DNA of 64,000 bases from Promethearchaeota archaeon (lineage in GTDB: Archaea > Asgardarchaeota > Lokiarchaeia > Sigyniarchaeales > SOKP01): positions 1-64,000 of the forward strand of contig JAEOTS010000004.1 of assembly GCA_016839745.1 (NCBI GenBank), written 5' to 3'. Below, in pieces: positions 49,128-59,488 of the stretch (position 1 is its first letter; each line of letters starts with the position of its first letter). Below the pieces are notes generated by a model that was not told the DNA's origin, ran no database searches, and was given only the letters and a program-made list of their open reading frames with translations. Made by a program: the position numbers and the translations under genes.

Positions 49128-49256
49128 AGGTTTTTCCCACGAGCCGTCTTTCTTTTTTTTGATGAACGTCATAAAGATAGTTGGATTACTCGGCGGACCG
49201 CTAACAAAGAGAAGACCGGTGTTCGCGCCAAAAAAACCTTTTCTGTAACTTGACAT
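49128..49256 (-). pseudogene. 5' fragment of a gene with a PC4/Whirly-like motif, apparently cut at the HEPN gene end
   Basis: MSSYRKGFFGANTGLLFVSGPPSNPTIFMTFIKKKKDGSWEKPS is protein-like; the rest of the track ORF (to 49029) is antisense of HEPN. Confidence 0.45.
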
Positions 49257-49410
49257 TTTTAGTTCGCTGTTAATTTTTTTTGTCTCATTAACTTATATGC
49301 AAATTTTCTATTTAATCTTTTAATATGACGAAAAAAAAAGATGTTAAATTTAGGCATTATTATTTAATTATTTAGAAAATATTATTAAGAAATAAATTTT
49401 AGGTTTAAAG

Positions 49411-49884
49411 ATGATCAAGAGAAGAGTGGGGCATTACAGTAGAATAAATCTTATCGTTTTCTCTTTTTTTTTCATTTTATTTTTATTGGGATTGATCGGA
49501 TTTAACATACTATTACAATATTCTATTACGAATTTTTTACTAGCTTTGATAATTGAATTAGCAAAAGAATTCTCGCTTATTATTAATCTTTGGCTCGTTT
49601 TCATGGTATGCATTATCGGTATACCCTTTATTTTAGCGTGGCGGAAATATATTATTTATATGAGTCCAAAAAATAAAATTGTTTACTCAGTTACTGAGAC
49701 AGAAGAGAAAATACTGCAAATTCTAGCCGAAAACAAAGGAAAGTCCCTTAGTCGTCTAGAATTAATCAGAAAAGTAAATTTTCCCGGCTCTTTAGGAGAA
49801 TTTTTCGATATTCTCAAGCAATTATGGAAAGAAGACAAAATAAAGTGCGATAATGAGGATTATCCGCAATATTATGTAGTTTAA
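49411..49884 (+). CDS. Membrane protein with C-terminal winged-helix
   Basis: TM segments then TETEEKILQILAENKGKSLSRLELI...LKQLWKEDKI. Confidence 0.7.
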   Translation: MIKRRVGHYSRINLIVFSFFFILFLLGLIGFNILLQYSITNFLLALIIELAKEFSLIINLWLVFMVCIIGIPFILAWRKYIIYMSPKNKIVYSVTETEEKILQILAENKGKSLSRLELIRKVNFPGSLGEFFDILKQLWKEDKIKCDNEDYPQYYVV

Positions 49885-49936
49885 CGTGTAAGAGTACCTA
49901 TTTAATATATCGATAAGTGGAAAAGGAGGAGTGATA

Positions 49937-49984
49937 ATGGGAACCACTATCGTTCATATTGTTTGGAAAATAAAACCTAAATAA
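49937..49984 (+). CDS. Putative 15-aa micropeptide MGTTIVHIVWKIKPK
   Basis: Strong SD AGGAGGAGTGA directly upstream of the ATG. Confidence 0.3.
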   Translation: MGTTIVHIVWKIKPK

Positions 49985-50023
49985 TTTTTTTTTAATTTAA
50001 AACATTAATGGAGAAATGATAAA

Positions 50024-50134
50024 ATGAAAGAATGGAATTGGAAATGGATTAAGTGGTATTGCTTTTTGTTATTGTTAGTTGGTATAATTGGATTTTTTAT
50101 ATTATTGTTAGATATACTAAGTAAAAGAGGTTGA
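50024..50134 (+). CDS. Putative 36-aa Trp-rich single-TM peptide
   Basis: MKEWNWKWIKWYCFLLLLVGIIGFFILLLDILSKRG; GGAG SD upstream. Confidence 0.5.
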   Translation: MKEWNWKWIKWYCFLLLLVGIIGFFILLLDILSKRG

Positions 50135-50371
50135 TAGTATGTTAAAAAAAGTAGGAAAAAATTTTATTTTTTTATTTTTTTTTTAATTTTTCATTTTTTG
50201 TATTTATTTGTATTTATATTTTTCTGTAAAGATAAGTAAAGATTTGTGAAGAAAAATTGCGAAAAATGATTAAAGTTATTTGGAAAATTACTAGCCCTAG
50301 TGCAGGGTTTACTAGCGTAAGGTTTACGCAACATTTAAATAGGAGAATGATTGTTACTATAATATAAAACC

Positions 50372-50713
50372 ATGTCGAATTTTATTAATTCGATAAAATT
50401 AAGGACAAAAAACTTATTAGACTTTCTTTATAAAGAAATAGATCATCAAAGGTTGAGTAATATAACTGATAAAAACAACGTGGAAATTGTTACTTTCTCA
50501 TACAATTTGTCAGATGGCGGGAGTTACGTAGAGAAGATTTTTTACGAACTTGAAACCGAGGGTGCGGTGATGTTTGGTAGGAATATAGATGATAAAATTC
50601 TTTTTATTCCTAAATCAGCAATTAAAGGTGGATGGTCAAAGGATAAAAAGAAAGCTCAAAACATCAAAATAAATTTTCCACTTGAGCTCTACTGGAAACC
50701 AAGAAAACCTTAA
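50372..50713 (+). CDS. Hypothetical small beta-rich protein
   Basis: 113-aa ORF, LETEGAVMF...LFIPKSAI; upstream of the helicase. Confidence 0.65.
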   Translation: MSNFINSIKLRTKNLLDFLYKEIDHQRLSNITDKNNVEIVTFSYNLSDGGSYVEKIFYELETEGAVMFGRNIDDKILFIPKSAIKGGWSKDKKKAQNIKINFPLELYWKPRKP

Positions 50714-50761
50714 TTGATACCAAAAATGATAATAACATAAGAAAATTCAGGAGATTCACCT

Positions 50762-52915
50762 ATGCCACAAAAAAAAGAAAAACCAGAGGAGGAATTCGTC
50801 TTTGAATTTTACGACGAAGACTATGCTGAATCCTTAGATGATGTAGAAGCACCAGAAATAACCGAGGAATATAACGAAGTCGATTTTAAAGCAGACTTAA
50901 ACGAAGAACAACTCGAAATCGTGAATAACATTCAAGGTCCGATGCTGGTTATTGCAGGAGCCGGTTCTGGAAAAACGAGGACTATCGTTTATTCCGTTGC
51001 GAAACTTCTAGTATCAAAAGCAAAACCTAGCGAAATAATGCTTGTTACCTTCACGAACAAAGCCGCTAGCGAAATGATCAAACGAGTAGAAACTTTACTT
51101 GGAAAAAAACCAAAGGGTATATGGGGGGGCACTTTTCACTCAATTGCTAACCGATTTTTGAGGATGTACGCAAAAACGCTTGGACTTAAACCTAATTTTA
51201 CAATTATGGACGAAACTGACGCAAAAGGATTAATGAAGTTATCGATCGATAAAACAGGGGTGAAAGATCTCGAAGAAAGATTTCCTACAGCAGCAATGGT
51301 AAAATCTATTTTATCGTTTTCAATCAACTGCAATAAGAAAATTCGCGAAGTGATCCAATGGAAATACGATCAATTTGATAGCGATGTTGTTGTTGCGAAA
51401 TTACACGAGGTCATCAATATTTATAGGGCCAAAAAAGCAGATGATAGCTTATTGGATTTCGACGATTTATTGGTGTTCTGGAATAGGTTGCTCGATGAAA
51501 GATCTATTGCGAAATTAATTGCTAAGAAGATTAAATATGTGTTAGTTGACGAATATCAAGATACAAACTACATCCAAGACGAGATTATTTATAAAATCGT
51601 ACAACAAAATCCAGAACGTAATGTAATGGCAGTTGGTGACGACGCGCAAAGCATATATGCGTTTCGAGGCGCGAATTTTCAGAATATCTTGAATTTTGAG
51701 AAAAAATATAAAAATTGTAAGAGGTACGCTATTACTTATAATTACCGAAGCGCTCCCCAAATATTAGAACTAGCAAATAACTCGATTGAGCATAACGAAA
51801 ACCAATTTAAAAAATCCATGAGAGCTACGCGCCCAAGTGGAATCAAACCGTTTCAAGTAAATTTAGGAGACGATAAAGACCAAGCTAGGTTTATCGCAAA
51901 TCAAATTCTAAAGTTGCGTCAAGACGGGTATAATTTAGACGAAATGGCTATTCTCGTACGAGCTGGTTTCCATTCGTTAAATATTGAACTTGAGTTAAAA
52001 GCTAAGAACATTCCTTATGAAGTTCGAGCGGGAGTAGCGTTTTTTGAAAAAGCTCACATAAAAGACATGCTTGCCCATCTACGAGTAATTGAAAATCCTT
52101 ATGACGAAATATCGTGGTCGAGGATTTTTACTTTGGTTCCCGGAATAGGTACTGCTTCAGCGTCTAAAGTCTTTGAAGCAATCTCTAAAACTGAAGAACC
52201 AATTAAAAATTTGCTTAGTAAAACATTCGTTTCTGAATCTCTCAAAGGCTCAAGAATTTCGAAGAATGGAATTCAGAACCTAAATTCGCACGTAAAAAAC
52301 TTAAAGGATTTTACAGTTGGAGATATTCCTAGTGAAGTAATCAAGAATTTAATTGGAGCGCTTGAAGATCATACTAAGACTAAATACGAAAATTGGCAGG
52401 ATAGATTAGCTGATTTAGACCAACTCAGCGTATACGCTCAAAATTATCCAACAACTCAAAAATTCTTAGAAAATTTGAGTTTAAACTTATCCGCTTTAGA
52501 ATCTAAAACAGTTCTTGCTGGAGATCAAACTGATGAAGAAAAACCACTTGTACTATCTACAATCCATCGAGCTAAAGGATTAGAGTGGCGCGTGGTTTTT
52601 ATTCCGATGTTGTGCGAAGACTCGTTTCCTTCCAGTAGAGTGGTAGGGGATCCTGATGCTTACGAAGAGGAAAGAAGAGTGTTTTACGTTGCAACAACCA
52701 GAACTAAGGATCAATTGTATCTTATTTCGCCGGCGATTAGAAATACATATAAAGGTCCTCAGACAGTTCGCATATCTCAATTTGTTGACGAATTAAACCC
52801 TAAAGTCTATAAAAGATCAACAGTCCGCTATAAAACTACATTATCGAAAAATAAGGCATCAAAAGAAAATAAAGCATCATTTTTTACAACGGCAGATAAA
52901 CTTGGAAAGAAATAA
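50762..52915 (+). CDS. uvrD: UvrD/PcrA/Rep superfamily-1A DNA helicase
   Basis: AGAGSGKT, TFTNKAA, GTFHS, VDEYQD, VGDDAQSIYAFRGA, NYRS, STIHRAKGLEW and EERRVFYVATTR. Confidence 0.93.
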   Translation: MPQKKEKPEEEFVFEFYDEDYAESLDDVEAPEITEEYNEVDFKADLNEEQLEIVNNIQGPMLVIAGAGSGKTRTIVYSVAKLLVSKAKPSEIMLVTFTNKAASEMIKRVETLLGKKPKGIWGGTFHSIANRFLRMYAKTLGLKPNFTIMDETDAKGLMKLSIDKTGVKDLEERFPTAAMVKSILSFSINCNKKIREVIQWKYDQFDSDVVVAKLHEVINIYRAKKADDSLLDFDDLLVFWNRLLDERSIAKLIAKKIKYVLVDEYQDTNYIQDEIIYKIVQQNPERNVMAVGDDAQSIYAFRGANFQNILNFEKKYKNCKRYAITYNYRSAPQILELANNSIEHNENQFKKSMRATRPSGIKPFQVNLGDDKDQARFIANQILKLRQDGYNLDEMAILVRAGFHSLNIELELKAKNIPYEVRAGVAFFEKAHIKDMLAHLRVIENPYDEISWSRIFTLVPGIGTASASKVFEAISKTEEPIKNLLSKTFVSESLKGSRISKNGIQNLNSHVKNLKDFTVGDIPSEVIKNLIGALEDHTKTKYENWQDRLADLDQLSVYAQNYPTTQKFLENLSLNLSALESKTVLAGDQTDEEKPLVLSTIHRAKGLEWRVVFIPMLCEDSFPSSRVVGDPDAYEEERRVFYVATTRTKDQLYLISPAIRNTYKGPQTVRISQFVDELNPKVYKRSTVRYKTTLSKNKASKENKASFFTTADKLGKK

Positions 52916-52928
52916 CAATTCTATTCTT

Positions 52929-54389
52929 TTACCGCTTTAAATTATTTATTTTTTCATTAATTTCAGTTAAATGTTGTTGGATATCCTCATCTGAAGAATC
53001 CAAATCTGAAGCCTTTTGATAAGCGTCTTTAGCTTTATCGTATTCATTATTATACTCGTAAGCTAAACCTAAATTATCCCATGTGATTGAATCTTCGGGA
53101 TCAATATTGAGAGCTTTCTGATATAGCGAGATCGCTTCTTTGTAGTTAGTTTTGGACACAAAAGCTAAACCTAAATTATTAATTGTGTCAAGATCTTCGG
53201 GTTCAATTTCTAAAACCTTATTATAATATTCTATTGCTTTATCGTAGTGTTCAATATCGTAATTTAATTCACCCAGACCGAATAGATCATCGATAGTCAA
53301 CTCTTTAGCTTCATATCTCGCTCCAATTTGATAAATACGATGTTCACTAATTCCATTTTTTTCATTTGTGAAGAACGATACATTGTCAACTTCAGTCACT
53401 TTTCCTGTTATATCTTCTCCAATTGGTTGAAGAACCCCACGCTCATCAACAGCATCACCAAAAATAGGAACAATATGCGCATAATGAAAGGTTATGTCTT
53501 TTCTTGTTCCATCTCTTATGTTTCTAAAATTAACTAGATGCTTTCCCTCTTCATAATCAAGATAGTGCGGAATCATACTAACCTCCACTAAGATATCTCC
53601 TATATCTTCGATGGTAAGTTCGGAAATTGTTGTTCCTTTAGTGTATTCTCTTTTATATACTAGCGATTTCGTTCGTTGGATTTGTACTTGATCCTTTTTT
53701 AAGAATTCAAACTTTTTTAAATCAACATTAAAAGGATTAGCAGTAATGTTTAAGTCGTCTTTAACCAATTTTTTTTCGTCCATTTGCTTTGCTACAGCCT
53801 CTTCAATTCTTCTTTGAATCTTCCAGTATTTTTTTTCCAGACTTAATTTATTATAAATTTCTCGTAAGATGTTCAGATAAAACTCTTTTTTCTTGGGGTG
53901 GTATGCCTTAAATTCACTATTATTAGTTATTCCTTCAAGTAAATCTTTTTTTTCTTCAAGAGATTTATCGCGAATCTCGTCTCTAAATCCTCTTATTTCT
54001 TCAATGCTTTCAGAATACCTTCCTCCAATTTGGTAAATCTTGTGTTCAGATACACCATTCTTGACTTTAGTAAAAAAGGAGGTTATATCCACTTTTTCAA
54101 CTTCGTCATTGATCTTATAACCGATTTTTTTACCGGAATCAAAGTCGTATTCAACAAATGCTGTCTTATGTAAGAAAGTAAGGTCGAGTCGTGATGAGTT
54201 AATAATACTTCTGAAATTACCTCCAAAATTTTTAATTTCAAAGGGAGTTGATTCGAATATGACGTGAAATCCAAATCCTTTCTCAATGGTGTAAAGTATA
54301 TGCCCAATTTCTTCTGGTGTAAACTTAGGGACGGTTCCTTCTTCTACATCTTTATATTCGTTTTTATACAATAAGGTTTTGTTTGCCAT
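52929..54389 (-). CDS. TPR protein with two copies of an unrecognised ~120-aa domain
   Basis: C-terminal TPRs (YDKAIEYYNKVLEIEP...NNLGLA); duplicated SFFT..KNG(V/I)SEH(K/R)IYQIG.RY. Confidence 0.85.
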   Translation of the reverse strand: MANKTLLYKNEYKDVEEGTVPKFTPEEIGHILYTIEKGFGFHVIFESTPFEIKNFGGNFRSIINSSRLDLTFLHKTAFVEYDFDSGKKIGYKINDEVEKVDITSFFTKVKNGVSEHKIYQIGGRYSESIEEIRGFRDEIRDKSLEEKKDLLEGITNNSEFKAYHPKKKEFYLNILREIYNKLSLEKKYWKIQRRIEEAVAKQMDEKKLVKDDLNITANPFNVDLKKFEFLKKDQVQIQRTKSLVYKREYTKGTTISELTIEDIGDILVEVSMIPHYLDYEEGKHLVNFRNIRDGTRKDITFHYAHIVPIFGDAVDERGVLQPIGEDITGKVTEVDNVSFFTNEKNGISEHRIYQIGARYEAKELTIDDLFGLGELNYDIEHYDKAIEYYNKVLEIEPEDLDTINNLGLAFVSKTNYKEAISLYQKALNIDPEDSITWDNLGLAYEYNNEYDKAKDAYQKASDLDSSDEDIQQHLTEINEKINNLKR

Positions 54390-54428
54390 AACTTTTTTTC
54401 ACTTCATCTTACTATTGATGTTGCTAAA

Positions 54429-56510
54429 CTATATTGATTTTCTCTCGACTTTTGTAATGTGATTGCTCTTTTTGAATGTGTATATATCAGTTACAAACGA
54501 GTCTAAGGTCCTTTCATGAGAAATGATAATCGTCTGGGAAGTATTTAGCGAATTAAAAATCTCTTGCATACGATTCACTTGTTGCTGGCTAAAACCGTCT
54601 GTAGGTTCGTCTAAAATCAGTAAATCTTTAGTTTTGACATCTTGATATCTCTCGTTAATGATTTTAGTTAATCCTAACCTGTATGCTAACGATATTGCAC
54701 TTTTTTCTCCTCCTGAAAGATCTTTAAAGGGAGAATCGTAACCGTTCACGTTAATTATCGGCTGAAAATCGTCAGGGCGAATCTCAACTTCTATATTTCC
54801 GCTCTCAACTAAGATGTTAAACCATTCTTTAAAAAATGTATTAAAATCTCGAGCGCTCGAAATTAAAATCTGCCTTTCAATATCTCTTAGTAAAACAGGA
54901 AATTGTTCTTTTACCCAATTTCTAATCTCAGTAGAGTATTCCAGCTTCTCTTTTAGCTTTTTCTTTTCTTCTAATCCAGCTTTTAATTCGTTAACTTCCT
55001 TTTTCAAATACTCTTGAGTTTTTCTTTCAGCGCTTAACTCTATTTCAATGGCATTTTTTTGGGATTTCAATACTTCTATTTTCTCTTCAAAAGAGTCCAA
55101 ATTTTCTTTTATGTCCGACTCTAGTTTTTTTAATTCTGTTATATCAGCGATTTTAAAAGCTTTTAACGTTCCCTCGATTTCTTTTTGTACTATGTTTATT
55201 TTATTTATCATCTCATCTAGTTTCTTCTGATTATCTGCTTCTTGTATTTTGCTCGCTTCTACGAGTTTTTCGTATAACTCTATTTTACTCTTATTTGAGG
55301 TAAATTCTTGTAAATCCTTCAGATTAACTTCTAATTTATCAATATTTTTAGACAATTTTTCTATTTCACTCGAAAAAGAATCAACTTCCCCTAACGCGTC
55401 TTTTAGTTCTCCTTTAAATCGTTTTTCTTCATGGATTTCTTGTCCACACAACGAACATTTCCCTTTTTCCAACAATTCGTCGATGTCTTCAATTTTTTGT
55501 TCGATAACCGCTTTCTTTTTTTCTTTTTCAGAAATTAGTTTTCTACCTTCGGAGATTTGTTCGCATATCTGGGCTTCAGTTAAATCTGTTGACAGCTCAA
55601 TTAATCCAACTTTTTTAGCTTCTTCTTCGTTTGTCTTAATGTTATTCTGGGCAGTTTTAAGATCTTTAGCATATTTTTCTCTTAATTCAGTATATTCTTT
55701 AAAGTTCTTTTCTTTACCATCCAGTTCTATTATTTTTTTTGATACATCTTCTTTTTTTGATTTTATAACGTCACGATCCTTTTGAATAAGATTAACTTCG
55801 GTTTGTTTTAATTCGCTCTCCTTTTCCATGCTACTAATTTTGCTCTCTTGGGCTCGTAGGTCGTTTTCTTTTTGTGGAATCGTATCTTCGATCCCTTCGA
55901 ATTGATCAATTAAAATTTTAGCCTTGCTAATATCGTCTCTTAAAAAATCGATAATAATCTTGATATTTCTTAAAGCAACTTCGTATTTCTCAATACCAAA
56001 TACGTCCTTTAAAATTTCAAAACGCTTCTCTGGATCAGCTTCTAAAATCTCTTTTACTGATTCTTGGGGGGTATATACCGTATATCGAAATAGATCAATT
56101 CTTTGTGCTCGTTCGTACCTTGTAACTGAATAGTTGAGCGTTTCTAAAACTTTTCTACGTAAATCAGTTGCCGCGTATGATGTTTCGCTCTCGTTTATTG
56201 TTAAAGAACCTTTCGTTTGCGAGACCGCTCCAGTTTTATTTTTTGATAGACCCCTCTTTATTACATATCTATCGTTATCAAGTAAAAATGCTAACTCCAC
56301 AGAAGCACTGTTTTCACCTCGCCGTAAAATAGAATCTCCACTTAAATCCCCACTCTTTAGCGTTCCAAACAAAGCGAATTCGATTGCCTTTAGAACTGAA
56401 CTTTTTCCACTACCGATATCTCCATAAAAAAGCATTGTTGTCTGGGGAAAGGTAAGATCCATATTTTTGATACTTCTAATATTCCCTATTTTAATTGATT
56501 CCAAAATCAT
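54429..56510 (-). CDS. rad50: Rad50 ATPase
   Basis: GDIGSGKS Walker A, Q-loop TPQE, coiled coils with CSLC zinc hook, LSGGE, LILDEPT and IISH. Confidence 0.93.
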   Translation of the reverse strand: MILESIKIGNIRSIKNMDLTFPQTTMLFYGDIGSGKSSVLKAIEFALFGTLKSGDLSGDSILRRGENSASVELAFLLDNDRYVIKRGLSKNKTGAVSQTKGSLTINESETSYAATDLRRKVLETLNYSVTRYERAQRIDLFRYTVYTPQESVKEILEADPEKRFEILKDVFGIEKYEVALRNIKIIIDFLRDDISKAKILIDQFEGIEDTIPQKENDLRAQESKISSMEKESELKQTEVNLIQKDRDVIKSKKEDVSKKIIELDGKEKNFKEYTELREKYAKDLKTAQNNIKTNEEEAKKVGLIELSTDLTEAQICEQISEGRKLISEKEKKKAVIEQKIEDIDELLEKGKCSLCGQEIHEEKRFKGELKDALGEVDSFSSEIEKLSKNIDKLEVNLKDLQEFTSNKSKIELYEKLVEASKIQEADNQKKLDEMINKINIVQKEIEGTLKAFKIADITELKKLESDIKENLDSFEEKIEVLKSQKNAIEIELSAERKTQEYLKKEVNELKAGLEEKKKLKEKLEYSTEIRNWVKEQFPVLLRDIERQILISSARDFNTFFKEWFNILVESGNIEVEIRPDDFQPIINVNGYDSPFKDLSGGEKSAISLAYRLGLTKIINERYQDVKTKDLLILDEPTDGFSQQQVNRMQEIFNSLNTSQTIIISHERTLDSFVTDIYTFKKSNHITKVERKSI

Positions 56511-57817
56511 AGGCTCTCCCCCTTCTTAGTTAGATCAAAAATCTCAAGAAATTGGTTCAGCAGTTCTTCGTTATATTCTCTGACTTGTGTTCCTTCTTCT
56601 CTATCAGTACCTAATACTTCCAAGATTCTATGAATTTTATTTTCCATATCTTTTTTAGATATTTTTTTAATATTAGTCGTTTCAGCATGTTCGTGAATGA
56701 GCGTCTCTTCGATCTCCTCGTTTGTTTTTCCAACAGCAACGCTTATTGGGGCGTACTCTTTTGATGTAAGAGCGTTCTTATTTATTAACGCGTCCAGCGC
56801 TCCCTTATTTCTTAACTGTTCTGCAATTTCGTTTGACTTAATTTCGTACGCTCTACCAGAGGTAAGCGAACCTATAATTCTGACTGTTACGATTTTATCT
56901 TCAGCATTTAACGCTGAAATTTTTTGGTCAATAAGTTCTAGAGAATCTATAACAGTTTTATTAGTACAATCAATTACTAGCGTAAGGATTTCTCTTGGTT
57001 TAATTGGAACAAATTTAACCTTAAGCTCCGAACTTTGAGATTCGCTGTTAACCTCTCCAGAAACGATACAAAAGCCACCATATTGATATTTTTCAAGCTC
57101 TCGAAAATCTGTTGGATAAAGCGAGCCAGGGTAAATAATGCTATTTTTTTGATCGACAATAAGGGTGTTATCTCCTGTTCGTAATTTTTCAGGAACAGTC
57201 TTATGAAGATGACCACCAGCATAATAAGCAAAGTTTTGAGGTAATAACGATTTAGGAGCAGATTCCATATCTTTGAATTCTACTGGTTTTAACTCGCTTA
57301 ACATCGTGTGTAATACAAAAATTTTAATTCCTTCTTCATTCTCTAAATCTTCTCGTAGTAATCGCTTGTAATCTTCAATTTCTAAACTTCTCTTTCGTGC
57401 TCGTAATCCAGTTAGTTTTATACCCGTTTTTGCGTCTTGGATAAAACTTAATTTTAATTTCTTATTATCCGTGAGTTCGCCTTTAGATACGTCAATAAAC
57501 AGTCCTGCCGAAATTAAGGGACGGATCATTGAATTATCAGATGGTGAAAAATCGTGTGAGCCCATTATTCCATAGACAGGTATGTTTTTATCGCGTAATT
57601 TTTTTAACTCTCTTACCGCTAAATCCACAACATCTACTTTTGGATTACTAATGTCGAAAAGATCTCCGCTGAGAATAACAAAATCTACTTCCTCCTCAAT
57701 AATTTTATTAATTGCCTGCTCAAAGGCTTCGTATCCCGTTTGATTTAATATCTCATTTCTCCAAGCACCCAGATGGCAATCAGATAAATGAGCGAATTTT
57801 ACAAACACCTTATTCAC
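56507..57817 (-). CDS. mre11: Mre11 nuclease
   Basis: HLSDCHLG, GDLFD, GSHD, LH, GGHLH, YPGS; ATGA overlap with rad50. Confidence 0.92.
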   Translation of the reverse strand: MNKVFVKFAHLSDCHLGAWRNEILNQTGYEAFEQAINKIIEEEVDFVILSGDLFDISNPKVDVVDLAVRELKKLRDKNIPVYGIMGSHDFSPSDNSMIRPLISAGLFIDVSKGELTDNKKLKLSFIQDAKTGIKLTGLRARKRSLEIEDYKRLLREDLENEEGIKIFVLHTMLSELKPVEFKDMESAPKSLLPQNFAYYAGGHLHKTVPEKLRTGDNTLIVDQKNSIIYPGSLYPTDFRELEKYQYGGFCIVSGEVNSESQSSELKVKFVPIKPREILTLVIDCTNKTVIDSLELIDQKISALNAEDKIVTVRIIGSLTSGRAYEIKSNEIAEQLRNKGALDALINKNALTSKEYAPISVAVGKTNEEIEETLIHEHAETTNIKKISKKDMENKIHRILEVLGTDREEGTQVREYNEELLNQFLEIFDLTKKGESL

Positions 57818-57845
57818 ATCTTCTAATTTTTTAATTAATTAAGTT

Positions 57846-59435
57846 TCAAGAAAATCCTGGTGATTTTATTTTAGTTTTTGAATTTTGTTTTTGTCTACCT
57901 TCCTTAATAAAATCTTCAAATAAAGGAATGTTAATTGGAACTGCAAATTTAGTAAAGGTAGACGTAACAATAGCCTCTCCTTTATCAAGACTTCCGATCG
58001 TTTGATAATCGTCCGATAAGTCTTGAGCAGCACTATCAATTAAAGCTCTGCGTTCTGGACCCATTTCATTACCAAGAATAATTTTTGTATTCATATTTGC
58101 CAATATTTCACGGTCGATTATACTTGGAAGCTGTGTAATTGCAATAAGACCTATTTGAAATTTCCTTCCTTCTCGTGCGATTTTTCCAAAGACATTATCA
58201 ATTGATTCTAACACTTTTTTTCCTATAACTCGCGGAGCCTCTTCGATTACGATAGAGATAACAGGTCTTTCTTGTAATTTATCTTCAAACTTAAGCTTTT
58301 TATATTCCTTAAAAACGCCTTCTACGATAATTGAAGCGATAAATATTTCTTCTGCGCCTTCTAATAAGGACGTATCGATTATTATTGTTTTACCTTTTGA
58401 TAATGAATCTATTATAGCGTGTGTAGTTTGTTCGTAGCCACTCGATGTATAAATTCCTTTTTCGCTTAGAGTTCCATCGTCTTCAAGATAAAGGTTTAAT
58501 AATAGCCCAAGCTTCCTCCTTAGAACTTCGATAGTTTGAGGTTGAACTCCTATTTTTTTTAGTTCTTCTGGAGTATGATCTTCATATATTTTTTGAATCC
58601 ATTTTTTTCTATCAGATCGATAAAACACTACAATAGCTTGTTTTTGAGCGTCTGTAAGACTTATACTCCCGATAATATGAGCCGGATTAATAAGATTCAT
58701 GTTAAATTTCAAATCGTTAGCTCCTGAAGTGCCTCTAATAGTATAATATTCTAAGAATTCAGGGCTCTTTGGATGATCTCTCAAACCTTTTTGAGTAATA
58801 GATCCATAATATTCGTTGTGAGGGTCAAATACTAATTTCCCACACTTTTCGTTGTCCAGCAGACCGTAGAGTATTGTTTTTACTAAATTTGATTTACCTC
58901 TTCCCGTTGCAGCGGGTATTAATACATGATGTTTTAATACCTCAGCGGCGTTAACCATTACATCTATGTCTAAGACTTTAGAACCGGAACGCACTTTACC
59001 AAGGTTTAACGGTGTCTCGATCTCTTCTTCTTTAAAGAATTGAAGATGAGATTCCTCTAATTCGAAAATATCTGAAAAGAATGCGGGTAATTTTTTGGGA
59101 ATTGTAAGCTCGTACTTTTCTGAGACCGTGTTTTTTCTAATAGATATCAATTCTCTTGCGTGTGCAAGCACATAATTCCTTAGCTCGGGCTCGTAAATTT
59201 TGAGATTTGACCGATCTCTTTCCAATCCATAACCTGCCATTAACTCCAAAGAACTATCAGGAATTTGGCTTCCATAAAATAGATCTTTAATCTGGAAGAT
59301 CGAATATTCGTCCATACTATTTCCAGCGACAATCAATTCTCCAATCTCAAATTCTTTGTCTGATTTTTGCCTTAAAATTAATTTTACAAAAGATCCTGAC
59401 ACGAAACTTCCTATTTTATTTCCTAATTCTGTCAT
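57846..59435 (-). CDS. herA: HerA bipolar helicase/translocase
   Basis: N-terminal HAS barrel, [26 protein letters not shown] and [17 protein letters not shown]. Confidence 0.92.
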   Translation of the reverse strand: MTELGNKIGSFVSGSFVKLILRQKSDKEFEIGELIVAGNSMDEYSIFQIKDLFYGSQIPDSSLELMAGYGLERDRSNLKIYEPELRNYVLAHARELISIRKNTVSEKYELTIPKKLPAFFSDIFELEESHLQFFKEEEIETPLNLGKVRSGSKVLDIDVMVNAAEVLKHHVLIPAATGRGKSNLVKTILYGLLDNEKCGKLVFDPHNEYYGSITQKGLRDHPKSPEFLEYYTIRGTSGANDLKFNMNLINPAHIIGSISLTDAQKQAIVVFYRSDRKKWIQKIYEDHTPEELKKIGVQPQTIEVLRRKLGLLLNLYLEDDGTLSEKGIYTSSGYEQTTHAIIDSLSKGKTIIIDTSLLEGAEEIFIASIIVEGVFKEYKKLKFEDKLQERPVISIVIEEAPRVIGKKVLESIDNVFGKIAREGRKFQIGLIAITQLPSIIDREILANMNTKIILGNEMGPERRALIDSAAQDLSDDYQTIGSLDKGEAIVTSTFTKFAVPINIPLFEDFIKEGRQKQNSKTKIKSPGFS

Positions 59436-59488
59436 TTTTTACTACATTCGTAATTTTATAATTTTAATTTAATTATTCTCTTTCTTTT

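Noticed and set aside
50288-50332. Two small hairpins with repeated TTACTAGC/GGTTTAC
   Set aside because: Short, matches no RNA family I know, only two units and no spacers, so not CRISPR.
54814-57038. Several plus-strand Ser/Phe-rich ORFs (up to 178 aa)
   Set aside because: Antisense shadows of rad50 and mre11.
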